Below, piece by piece: positions 8,501 to 17,543 of a stretch of 64,000 nucleotides of DNA; the first letter of the stretch is position 1; the number at the start of each line of letters is the position of its first letter. This DNA comes from a virus. Both the position numbers and the translations under genes were made by a program. Below the pieces are notes generated by a model. That model was not told where the DNA came from and did no database searches. It saw nothing but the letters and a program-made list of their open reading frames with translations. The stretch spans positions 30,963-94,962 of IMG/VR virus record IMGVR_UViG_3300046787_000206; one strand, given 5' to 3'.

Positions 8501-10009
8501 ATGACGTATGAACGTCCTGGCGTTTACATTAATGAGCGCCTACTTCCTGCTCCAATCGCTTCAGCTGGCTCAGCAAATGCTGCTGGTGCGGTTATCGGAG
8601 CTTTCGGTCAGGGCCCTGAGGCTGTAACCCGTGTCACTTCGTGGTACGACTTCGTAAAGAAGTTCGGTGGCTACAACGCTATCTACCCTGCAACTTTCGG
8701 TATCGGCATGTTCTTCCAGAATGGCGGAAGTGAACTTTACGTTCGCCGCATTCTTGCTGACGACGCTGTAGCTGCAAGCGCATCAATTCCAAAGGCTGTT
8801 GGCTCAGGTACCGTAGGTACCGTTACTTCCAAGGACCGTGGAACTGATGGTAACAACCTACGCATTCAGCTAACCGCTGCTTCTCGTGCAGGTTACTACA
8901 ACCTAGTTGTTTACAAGGAAACCGTTGCTGGAACTGGTTCAAACGTTGCTAACGACGTTGTACTAGAGCAGTTCAACAACCTAGTAGTAGACAACGTACT
9001 TTCGTCAGACTACGCTGCCACTGTGGTTAACCAGAGCTCTCTGTACATCACTTTGACCATCACTGACTCAGTAAACGCACCTGCAACCTCAGTTGTACCT
9101 CTTACTGGTGGAAGCAACTCGACTAGCTCAACTGCTCCAACAGCTGTTGACTACACTGCTGCTTTGGCTGACTTCGAGACCCTTAACCGCCCTCTAGTAA
9201 TCTTCTCTCCAGAAGTTGTTTACTACTTGGGTGAGGCTGACGGTCAGGACGTCCAGAACGCAATGATTGAGTGGGCTGCACTTAACAACAGCTTCGCTGT
9301 AGTAGACACTGCTGCAGACCTAACTGTTGCTGCTGCTCTTTCATACGCAGCAGGACTAACCAAGTCTAGCCACGGTGCTGCTTACTACCCACAGGTCTAC
9401 ATCTCAGACCCAGTAGGTCGTAGCTCATCTGCTCTACGTAAGGTTGGTGTTGCTGGTGCAGTTGCTGGTCTTTACCTACAGACCGACAAGACAGTTGGTC
9501 CATTCAAGGCTCCAGCTGGTGTTTACGCAAGCATCCGTGGTGCCGTAGCTCTAGAGCGTTCTTTGTCAGCTACTGACCTAGACGACCTAAACAGCGCAGC
9601 TGCTCCATTGAACGCAATCCGTAACCTTCCAGGTGCTGGCGTTGTTTCTATGGGTGCTCGCACACTTCTTCAAGATGGAACCGCAAACCGCTACGTCAAC
9701 ATGCGTCGTTCTTTGAACTACATCAAGAAGGAAGTAAACGACATCTCTACCTTTGCATTGTTTGAGAACAATGACGAGCGTCTATGGGGTCGTCTACGTG
9801 CAGTAATCGGCAACTTCCTAAACGACTACCGCAACCAGGGCGGTCTCCGTGGAGACACTCCTGCGCTTGCTTACTACGTGAAGATTGACGCTGAGAACAA
9901 CACCGTTGACTCAATCGCTAATGGTGAAGTACACATCGAAATCGGTGTAGCTCTACAGTACCCTGCTGAGTTCATCGTAATTACCCTCAGTCAGAAGACT
10001 GCAGTTTAA
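8501..10009 (+). CDS. Contractile tail sheath protein
   Basis: N-terminal YERPGVYINE; GPFKAPAG, GART, RYVNMRR, FENND and PAEFIVI motifs. Confidence 0.95.
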   Translation: MTYERPGVYINERLLPAPIASAGSANAAGAVIGAFGQGPEAVTRVTSWYDFVKKFGGYNAIYPATFGIGMFFQNGGSELYVRRILADDAVAASASIPKAVGSGTVGTVTSKDRGTDGNNLRIQLTAASRAGYYNLVVYKETVAGTGSNVANDVVLEQFNNLVVDNVLSSDYAATVVNQSSLYITLTITDSVNAPATSVVPLTGGSNSTSSTAPTAVDYTAALADFETLNRPLVIFSPEVVYYLGEADGQDVQNAMIEWAALNNSFAVVDTAADLTVAAALSYAAGLTKSSHGAAYYPQVYISDPVGRSSSALRKVGVAGAVAGLYLQTDKTVGPFKAPAGVYASIRGAVALERSLSATDLDDLNSAAAPLNAIRNLPGAGVVSMGARTLLQDGTANRYVNMRRSLNYIKKEVNDISTFALFENNDERLWGRLRAVIGNFLNDYRNQGGLRGDTPALAYYVKIDAENNTVDSIANGEVHIEIGVALQYPAEFIVITLSQKTAV

Positions 10010-10028
10010 CCCGAAGGAGCTATAGACA

Positions 10029-10649
10029 ATGGCAACTATTATCAATAACCGCTCAACTCTTGAGACTGACCCGATTAGAAACTTCCGATTCCTCGTGACT
10101 TTCAAGCCAATCGGTGGCGGTAGCTGGCTAGCAAATGCGCCTAAGAACGTAACTGTTGGCTTTACCTCAGTCTCAGGTCTGTCAGTAACCACTGACTCAA
10201 TCCCTTACCGTGAAGGTGGCTATAACACCACTGTCCACCAGATTCCTGGACAGACCACCTTTGCTCCAATCACCCTTCAGCGTGGTGTAGTACTAGGTAC
10301 TTCACAGCACTGGGACTGGATGCGTAAATTGTTCGCAACCGTACAGGGCGGTACCAACCGCACTGCTGGTGAGAACTTCCGCTCTGACATTGAGATTAAG
10401 GTGCTATCACACCCAATCCCAGGTTCAGCAGGTAGCGAAAACTCAACTATTGCTGGAGCATCTGCTGGAGATGACCACGTTGCAATGCGTTTCTACGTAT
10501 ACAACGCATGGCCAACCTCAGTAGCGTACTCTGACCTTAACGCAGGTGACAACGCTATTTTCGTAGAGCAGCTAACTCTAGTTCACGAAGGTTTCGACGT
10601 TAACTGGGCTACTGACCTAACTAAGGCAAACGAAGCAAAAGAATTCTAA
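10029..10649 (+). CDS. Tail tube protein (T4 gp19-like)
   Basis: DPIRNFRF, GFTSVSGL, YREGG, ITLQRGV, NAWP, EQLTLVHEG motifs. Confidence 0.92.
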   Translation: MATIINNRSTLETDPIRNFRFLVTFKPIGGGSWLANAPKNVTVGFTSVSGLSVTTDSIPYREGGYNTTVHQIPGQTTFAPITLQRGVVLGTSQHWDWMRKLFATVQGGTNRTAGENFRSDIEIKVLSHPIPGSAGSENSTIAGASAGDDHVAMRFYVYNAWPTSVAYSDLNAGDNAIFVEQLTLVHEGFDVNWATDLTKANEAKEF

Positions 10650-10673
10650 GACAGAATCTAAAAGGAAAATAAT

Positions 10674-11489
10674 ATGGCTACTACAACAACGATTAAAGCT
10701 GCAACTAACCCAGGTCTTGCAAACGACCTAATTAAAAAGGCTACTGCAGAAAAACAACAAACCGTACAACCTGCTGAGATTACCCCTCCTTCGGACACAT
10801 TGGTGCTCCTCCCTGCTGGCTATGTAACAGACAGCGGGGAGGTCATCAATACCGCAGAGGTACGTGAGCTCACTGGACGAGATGAAGAAGCAATTGCAAA
10901 GAACCCTGCCACTGGTAAGGCTCTAGCAACCATCCTCTCTCGTGCAGTGGTTTCCGTAGGTCACCTAAAAGCAACCGATGAAATCCTTGACCGCCTACTT
11001 GCAGGAGACCGAGACGCACTGCTTCTTGGAATCTACAAGGCAACTTTTGGCAAGACTGCCAAGATTCTGTCTTACTGCATGGGATGTCAGGACGACAAAA
11101 CTGTAGAAATCGACATTGACCAGGACATCACTACCAAGGCCCTAGTCAACCCTCTTACTGACCGCCACTTCGTTGTGAGCGGAAAGCACGAGTATGAAGT
11201 AAGCCTCCCAGATGGACGTATCCAGCGAGAGATTACTACTAACACAGACAAGACTGTGGCAGAGCTAACGACTTTGCTACTAGAGCGAACCATTACTTCA
11301 ATTGATGGTTCACCTGTTTACAGCAAGACCCAGGTGCAGAATATCGGCATCATGGACCGTCGTTTGATTGGCGAAGAACTAGCCAATCGTGCTGTAGGCC
11401 CACAGTTAGAAAATCTAGAGGTCTCTTGCCCAGACTGCGATGGAAAGGTAGAAGTTCCGATTAATTTCGGCACTTTGTTTCGATTCTAA
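10674..11489 (+). CDS. Tail assembly chaperone / baseplate hub assembly protein (T4 gp26-like)
   Basis: VRELTGRDEE, GDRDALLL, two CxxC pairs; lies between tube and tape measure. Confidence 0.75.
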   Translation: MATTTTIKAATNPGLANDLIKKATAEKQQTVQPAEITPPSDTLVLLPAGYVTDSGEVINTAEVRELTGRDEEAIAKNPATGKALATILSRAVVSVGHLKATDEILDRLLAGDRDALLLGIYKATFGKTAKILSYCMGCQDDKTVEIDIDQDITTKALVNPLTDRHFVVSGKHEYEVSLPDGRIQREITTNTDKTVAELTTLLLERTITSIDGSPVYSKTQVQNIGIMDRRLIGEELANRAVGPQLENLEVSCPDCDGKVEVPINFGTLFRF

Positions 11490-11511
11490 CGTAGCGGGGT
11501 ATCATCACCTC

Positions 11512-11643
11512 ATGACCCAGTGGTCAGCCATAGCTAAGTACTTTACTGGCTGGTCACTAGATGAAATTAAAGAGCTCAGCCCGAGAGAAAGATTTAACTG
11601 GTTAGAGATAATCAGAGAGTCTAAAGGAATAGTAAGGAAGTGA
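11512..11643 (+). CDS. Short chaperone-extension ORF (DUF6760/gp51-like), possibly reached by frameshift
   Basis: MTQWSAIAKYFTGWSLDEIKELSPRERFNWLEII; frame stays open upstream into the chaperone 3' end. Confidence 0.7.
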   Translation: MTQWSAIAKYFTGWSLDEIKELSPRERFNWLEIIRESKGIVRK

Positions 11644-11644
11644 C

Positions 11645-14200
11645 ATGGATTTTGACCCAACCCTAAAGGGCGTATCCAAGGACCTCGAAAAGATTGTTTC
11701 TCTCCTCGGCAAATGGAGCGACATCAACAAGCGTGTTGCCGAAAGCACTAAGAAGGTTGTTCAAAGTGCTAACGGTGACGGCAAGATTGGTGTAGGAACT
11801 AACCGCATGATGGATGGCGCTATGGCGTCGTTCAGCGGTCTTGGCGACCAGTACAAACCTACCCGCAACTTGTTGCAGGCAGCAATGCCTTCAGCAAGTG
11901 CGGGGAAGGTCGCCATGGTCACTTCTGCTATTGGAAATGCTCCGCAAATCCTTGGTGGAATGAACCAAATGATGCCTGACGTAGGCGAGACGTTTAACCG
12001 TATGCGTACGTCGTACAGCGCTCAGGTAGCTGGAGGATTTGCCAGCCGAAAGATGTTTGAGTCTGCTACATTTAGCGCAATTGGGCAGAACAACCAGACT
12101 GGCCTTAACTCTGATGTACAGACTGGCCAGTACCTTGTAGGTAGAGGAATGAGCATTGGCTCTTCCACATTCAACCAGACACTTAAAACTGTCGGTGGAG
12201 TCTCGCAGTTCATGGGCATGTCTAACCAGGCTGCGGGAGCTGCCGTTGAAGGCCTGAGCTCAGGAGCTGGTTCTGCTGGTCTCCTTAAGAACTTTGGAAT
12301 CTATACTGGAAATCCAGCTACTGGAGAATCTCTAAGTCCTAATCAGATTATCCAGCAAATTAAAGGCCGCTTGACTCAAGGTCGAGGAAAGTACACTACT
12401 GCAGACGTCCAGGACTCTCTACGTAAGGGTTCTCTTGGAGTAACCCTCCAGAACAGTGGACTTACTCCTGACCAGCAGTCAATGGTTGTTGCTGGACTTA
12501 TGGGTGACGCAACAGACTCTACTACTGGCTCGATTGACTTCGACAGCCAGGAATCAATGAGTGCTGCGTCTAAGAAACTTGGCGGTAACCCAGACCAGCC
12601 ATTCATGAAGATTTTTGGTTCTCAGAACAAGGCCATGGGCAAGGCTGAGGACGCCTACGCAGCTGGCGCAGACGTAGCCGCTGCGAGCCTCACAGCCCTT
12701 AACGAGGCTGCTGGAACACTTGCACAGACATTCGGTGGCCTTACTGCAGCTATGGCCGTATTCGGCGGCGCACAGGTAGGTCAGGGAGCCATGAGCTTGC
12801 TCGGCGGAGCTGGTAATGTTGGCGCTACTGGCCTAATGAGCAAATATGGCGGAAAGCTCGGTGGCGCTGCTGGCGGAGCGGGTGGAATTGGCGGTATGCT
12901 CGGAAAGGCTGGCGGAGTTCTGAAGGGGGCTGGAGCAGTCGGTGGAGCTATTGGTGTTGGAGTAAATGCCATGAGCGCTTACGACAGTGCTAAGCAGGGC
13001 GCTGATGGTTGGAGTGTCGCAGGAAGTGCTCTAAGCGGAGCTGCTAGCGGTGCTTTAATGGGCGCAACTATCGGAAGTATCATCCCTGGTGTTGGAACCG
13101 CTGCTGGTGCCATTGCTGGAGGAATTATTGGCGCTGGAGCTAGCCTAATTGGCTCTTCTATGGGTGGTGCAGAACACGATGCTGCTGCGGGCACTGGAGC
13201 TGGTGGTGGACGTGCGAGCCTTATGGGCGGCGGATACACAGGTGTTGGTGGTGGCGATAGCCAGGTAAACGGAACTAGCACCAAGCCGTTCCGCCTAGCT
13301 GTACCAGTTCGTAAGAACACTACCCCTACAGCTACCTTCGGACAAAAGGAGTATCAGGGCCAGACTCTATGGCCTAACGGCCACAACGGTGTTGACTACC
13401 CAGTAGGAGAAGGCACCCCAATCTACGCCTCGGCTGATGGAGAGGTCTCCTTTGCTGGAGGAGGCCAGGGAGCTCAACTGGGTTTCCACATTATGATTAA
13501 GCACCCTAACAGCCCTGGCGGAAACATGCACACCGTGTATGCTCACTTGAGCTCCGTCCAGGTTACCCAGGGACAGCAAGTTATGGCTGGCAGCCTAATC
13601 GGTCTTTCTGGAAAATCGGGTACCAAGATTACTGGTGCCCACTTGCACTTTGGTTTGTGTAGAAACGGAAACACCGCAAACTCACTTGACCCAGCCCCTT
13701 ACATGGGTGGCGCAGTTCCCGCCAACACTCAAGAGGATACAGGACCAGCAGCAGCGGATTCTAACGCAGCAGCAGCTTCTGGAAGCGCTGGCAGCGGTAC
13801 TGGAGCTATGTCTACCTCTCGTGACAGCCTTCCTGCCGCAAACGTTATCGGAAGCTCAGTGACATCTGGTGTATCAGGCATCTCTGGCAGCGCAACAACA
13901 ATTGCAGGATTGATTGGTAGTAGCGGAGGCTCTACTGCTGGCGGAAGCATGTACGACGTTCCTGACGGAGCTGGTGCTGGTGGCGACAGCATGGCTGCTG
14001 GCGTTGCTGAAAGCTACGCTGGCTCTGGGGTTAGCTTGTCTTCCATGTCTGGTCGCAAATCATCTGGAGGTGGCGGTAACAACGTCACTATTAATCTGAC
14101 CATTGGGCAGGCCTCTGAGGCAGAGGCCAGAAGGTTTGCAAAGCTAGTCAAGGGAATGCTTGAAAGCGAAGAACAACTTATGAGAGTAGGACGTGCGTAA
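11645..14200 (+). CDS. Tape measure protein with M23 peptidase domain
   Basis: Long Ala/Gly-rich body; M23 zinc motifs HNGVD, YAHL and HLHF. Confidence 0.85.
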   Translation: MDFDPTLKGVSKDLEKIVSLLGKWSDINKRVAESTKKVVQSANGDGKIGVGTNRMMDGAMASFSGLGDQYKPTRNLLQAAMPSASAGKVAMVTSAIGNAPQILGGMNQMMPDVGETFNRMRTSYSAQVAGGFASRKMFESATFSAIGQNNQTGLNSDVQTGQYLVGRGMSIGSSTFNQTLKTVGGVSQFMGMSNQAAGAAVEGLSSGAGSAGLLKNFGIYTGNPATGESLSPNQIIQQIKGRLTQGRGKYTTADVQDSLRKGSLGVTLQNSGLTPDQQSMVVAGLMGDATDSTTGSIDFDSQESMSAASKKLGGNPDQPFMKIFGSQNKAMGKAEDAYAAGADVAAASLTALNEAAGTLAQTFGGLTAAMAVFGGAQVGQGAMSLLGGAGNVGATGLMSKYGGKLGGAAGGAGGIGGMLGKAGGVLKGAGAVGGAIGVGVNAMSAYDSAKQGADGWSVAGSALSGAASGALMGATIGSIIPGVGTAAGAIAGGIIGAGASLIGSSMGGAEHDAAAGTGAGGGRASLMGGGYTGVGGGDSQVNGTSTKPFRLAVPVRKNTTPTATFGQKEYQGQTLWPNGHNGVDYPVGEGTPIYASADGEVSFAGGGQGAQLGFHIMIKHPNSPGGNMHTVYAHLSSVQVTQGQQVMAGSLIGLSGKSGTKITGAHLHFGLCRNGNTANSLDPAPYMGGAVPANTQEDTGPAAADSNAAAASGSAGSGTGAMSTSRDSLPAANVIGSSVTSGVSGISGSATTIAGLIGSSGGSTAGGSMYDVPDGAGAGGDSMAAGVAESYAGSGVSLSSMSGRKSSGGGGNNVTINLTIGQASEAEARRFAKLVKGMLESEEQLMRVGRA

Positions 14201-15552
14201 TGGCCGATAGTCTACAAGACAATCTACGAAAGCTTAAAGCTGCGGGTGCTAAGAACGACTTGGTAGCAGCGTCTACTGACGCACGAGTTAAGCAAGCACA
14301 GTACTACCAGGTTCAGCCGCAGATTAATCAGCTCAACATACAATTGCAGCAGTATCAGGATAGTAAGGTTGCTTCTGACAACACTGTACAGAACTACAAT
14401 GCGCAAATTGCAGTGGCAGCCACTCCAGAAGAGAAGGCAGCACTAATCTCGGCGCAGGCCCCATACATACAGGCTTCAGGAGTATGGAAAGAAGCTATCG
14501 ATGTGCTAAACAAGTACATCGGAGAAGTAAAGGCCAGCAATCGACCTCTCAAAAAAGAGACTCTGGCTAAGTTCGATAAATACATGGCTTCTGCTCCGCT
14601 TAAGACCATCATTAGAAATGATGTACCACAGATTAAGTACAATGTGGGCAGCGTTAGAGAAGCCTACTTTAGTGGTAAAGAAGAGTTTATGGACGAACTC
14701 TCACCGCAGCCTGGAAACACCCCTGTCCAAGTCCGAAATGCTGTGAACTTGTGGGCTGGAGGTAAGGCAAACAAGGGTATGATTCAAACCTGGACGCCTC
14801 CTTCTACTAACATCGGAATGAACGGGTCAGAGACCCCAGACATGATTGGTAAGCAGACCGCTCTGCGAGAGCCTCACGGGTTCCAGTTCCAGTACAATCC
14901 AACTAACATTTCTATGAGCTATCTAGGAAGTCCCTCGGTAGATATTACTTACCTAGCAAGCGGTAAAGACAAGTTTAACTTCATGGGAACTGGAGCGACT
15001 CAGAGCACCATTGGTTTCCAGATTTTGTTGAACCGAGTGTATGACATGAAGTACTACACCCCTGGCGGAAAGCTTCTTCCAAGCGCAAAGAACATATACT
15101 CTCCTCGTCAGCCAGATGAGGCTGAGCAAAAAGAGATTTATAACAAGGGCACCATGTACGACCTCGAGTTCTTGCTGCGCACACTTCTCGGAATAACTAT
15201 GCCTAGCTACATGCGTGGCGGGGAGACTGCTGATATGGGCTTCGTGGCCGCTGTCCCAGTAGAGCTGCACTTGGGGCAGAGCCTTCGTTATTTGGTTTGG
15301 ATTGGTGGCCTGACAGTAAATCACGTACTATTCAACGAGCGCATGGTTCCGCTATTCAGTACAGTCGATATTAGCTGTAACCGTATGCCTGACTTTGCTG
15401 CACTTAAAAGCGATAGTAACCCTGTGGCAAAGCTTGATGCTAATGGAATGGCTGATGCCATGCAAAGAAACAAAGACGCTGCAGCTGACTTCCTTAAGGG
15501 ACGAAATGGCAAGAGTACGTTTGTTAGCGCTAGTGACGCTACTGATAGCTAA
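14200..15552 (+). CDS. Baseplate/tail tube initiator-type protein
   Basis: N-terminal coiled coil, FQFQYNPTNI motif; follows tape measure. Confidence 0.6.
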   Translation: MADSLQDNLRKLKAAGAKNDLVAASTDARVKQAQYYQVQPQINQLNIQLQQYQDSKVASDNTVQNYNAQIAVAATPEEKAALISAQAPYIQASGVWKEAIDVLNKYIGEVKASNRPLKKETLAKFDKYMASAPLKTIIRNDVPQIKYNVGSVREAYFSGKEEFMDELSPQPGNTPVQVRNAVNLWAGGKANKGMIQTWTPPSTNIGMNGSETPDMIGKQTALREPHGFQFQYNPTNISMSYLGSPSVDITYLASGKDKFNFMGTGATQSTIGFQILLNRVYDMKYYTPGGKLLPSAKNIYSPRQPDEAEQKEIYNKGTMYDLEFLLRTLLGITMPSYMRGGETADMGFVAAVPVELHLGQSLRYLVWIGGLTVNHVLFNERMVPLFSTVDISCNRMPDFAALKSDSNPVAKLDANGMADAMQRNKDAAADFLKGRNGKSTFVSASDATDS

Positions 15553-15566
15553 GGAAGGTAACTAAC

Positions 15567-15842
15567 TTGATTTATACCGATAGCCGATACGCTAGTGGAT
15601 TAATTTTTAAAGCGTACGACTCTAGAAAAGAGCAGTATTCTGCGACTGTTCTCAGGCAGTTTCCTATTCAATCATCAGGGTTTTACCACTATACATGGAC
15701 AGAACGAGACCGAATTGATGAGGTTGCACAGGAGTTTCTTGGCTCTGCATCATTCTGGTGGGTAATTATGGATTTCAATCCTGAGGTAATCGACCCATTT
15801 GATATTCCATTGGGAACAGTAATAAGGATTCCTAGTGTATAG
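15567..15842 (+). CDS. Baseplate wedge LysM-like protein (P2 gpX/T4 gp53-like)
   Basis: DRIDEVAQEFLGSASFWWVIMDFNP...GTVIRIP. Confidence 0.8.
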   Translation: MIYTDSRYASGLIFKAYDSRKEQYSATVLRQFPIQSSGFYHYTWTERDRIDEVAQEFLGSASFWWVIMDFNPEVIDPFDIPLGTVIRIPSV

Positions 15843-17127
15843 CACCTCTTTTAAAAACTATAAGAGTACTGATTTTGAGATTGTGTTTCCTACGTTACCT
15901 GGATTTGACACAAAACCAGTTCAGGTAGACCTTCATCAGGGTGCGTATAAGCACGACATCATGCTAGTTCAGTTTCCTCAGGTAAGTGCTTTTTGGTTCA
16001 AGAGCCTTAATACTGGCGTACCAGTAATCTTTAGATGGTCTCAGGGAATACTTAAGAGGTCTTGGCAAGGATATGTGCATTCTGTATCTAAGAGTGTTGC
16101 TGGTCAACGTGATGCTCCATTTGAGCTAATGCTTATCGGTGCATCGATGCCTTTGAAAAACAGAGTTCAGAGAACCTTTAGAAATAAGACCATCCCGGAA
16201 GTGGCTGCTTTGATTGCTAGGGAGTTTAACTTGGCGTTTAGCATAGACGCTCATCCTAGACGCTTCTCTTACTTGGCTATCTCAGGGGAATCCTACTGGG
16301 AATGGCTATGTAAGTACGCACAGCAAATTGGCTACCACGTATATGTGGACAACGCCACTCTGTTCTTTAAAAAAATAGATAACATACTTGATGAACGGTC
16401 TAAAGACGTAGCCATTATGAGTATGGCTTCTCCAGCTTTACCTATCAATAACCATCTTGTGGATAGAACTCTGTACAACTTTAAGGTTACTAACGGTGAC
16501 TATATTGAAGGTACCGATGAAACTAGGGCCAATAAAGTAGTGTCGGGAGTAAACCCAATTACTAGCGCTCAGGTAACGTCTGTATACAGCCCTCGAGCTG
16601 TTGGAAAAGCTGTTAGGACCCAGCCTAAGGCCGTAATCTTTGATGACTATAAAACTGACTTAGTCTCTAACGATACCTCAGCCACAAAGGCAAATGCAGA
16701 AGGCTCGGCTTTGATGGCTAAAATGAACCTGCCAGCTAAGGTATTGGGTCAAGGAGACCCACGACTATCCCCATACTCTCTTGTGCAAATCACTGGTACT
16801 GGCGAACAAACCGATGGGTTCTGGGTCGTTAAAAACGTTAAGCACACTTTTGGTCGTGGAAGAAGCTACGACGTTGAGATTGACGTACTCAGTGATGGAT
16901 TTGGCCCTAATGCCGTCAGCTCGTTTAGAGCTGGAAACGCAACTAAAATTGGGATAATTGATGTAGACGCCATACTAGCTTCAGATGTGCCAACAACTAA
17001 CGTAAGTAGAGTTGCTGCCACTATAAAGAACAAGCTTCCAATAATCATGGAGCAAGCAGTATCTTTTGAAGACAACCCAGTTATGTGGCAAGCAACATAC
17101 GTGAGTCGGGAAGGATGCTGTAACTAA
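15835..17127 (+). CDS. Baseplate hub protein (T4 gp27/P2 gpD-like)
   Basis: ESYWEWLCKYAQQIGY, GDPRL, DGFWVVKNVKHTF motifs. Confidence 0.8.
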   Translation: MYSTSFKNYKSTDFEIVFPTLPGFDTKPVQVDLHQGAYKHDIMLVQFPQVSAFWFKSLNTGVPVIFRWSQGILKRSWQGYVHSVSKSVAGQRDAPFELMLIGASMPLKNRVQRTFRNKTIPEVAALIAREFNLAFSIDAHPRRFSYLAISGESYWEWLCKYAQQIGYHVYVDNATLFFKKIDNILDERSKDVAIMSMASPALPINNHLVDRTLYNFKVTNGDYIEGTDETRANKVVSGVNPITSAQVTSVYSPRAVGKAVRTQPKAVIFDDYKTDLVSNDTSATKANAEGSALMAKMNLPAKVLGQGDPRLSPYSLVQITGTGEQTDGFWVVKNVKHTFGRGRSYDVEIDVLSDGFGPNAVSSFRAGNATKIGIIDVDAILASDVPTTNVSRVAATIKNKLPIIMEQAVSFEDNPVMWQATYVSREGCCN

Positions 17128-17543
17128 TGGCTATAACGTCGAAACTAGAGTCAGCAGTGTCACTGCCGTTTGCCCTAGACGCATACGGAAATGTAAAAAA
17201 GACCTATGACCAATCCAAGATTTGGGCAGATAGAGTACACACAGTTATAGGTACTCTTAAAAAGGAAAGAGTCATGATTCCTGGATTTGGCACAGACATG
17301 CCAGGAAGCCTGTTTGAGACTCAGACCGTTACTGAAGACATCATTAAACGAGAAGTTTTTAGTGCATTTGTTAACCATCTTGAGCAGCTAACTTTAGACA
17401 GTGTCGAAGTAGTCTTTGATGAGTACAACGACGCTATCACAGCGGAAATAACTTACAGCCTTCCTAACCAGGAAAAGCTTATGACCACAATCGGTGTGGC
17501 AACAATTTCAGGAAACAAACTTATCGGTGAGGAACAAATATGA
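17127..17543 (+). CDS. Baseplate gp25-like sheath initiator
   Basis: SLPF and TLKKERVMIPGFGT motifs. Confidence 0.85.
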   Translation: MAITSKLESAVSLPFALDAYGNVKKTYDQSKIWADRVHTVIGTLKKERVMIPGFGTDMPGSLFETQTVTEDIIKREVFSAFVNHLEQLTLDSVEVVFDEYNDAITAEITYSLPNQEKLMTTIGVATISGNKLIGEEQI

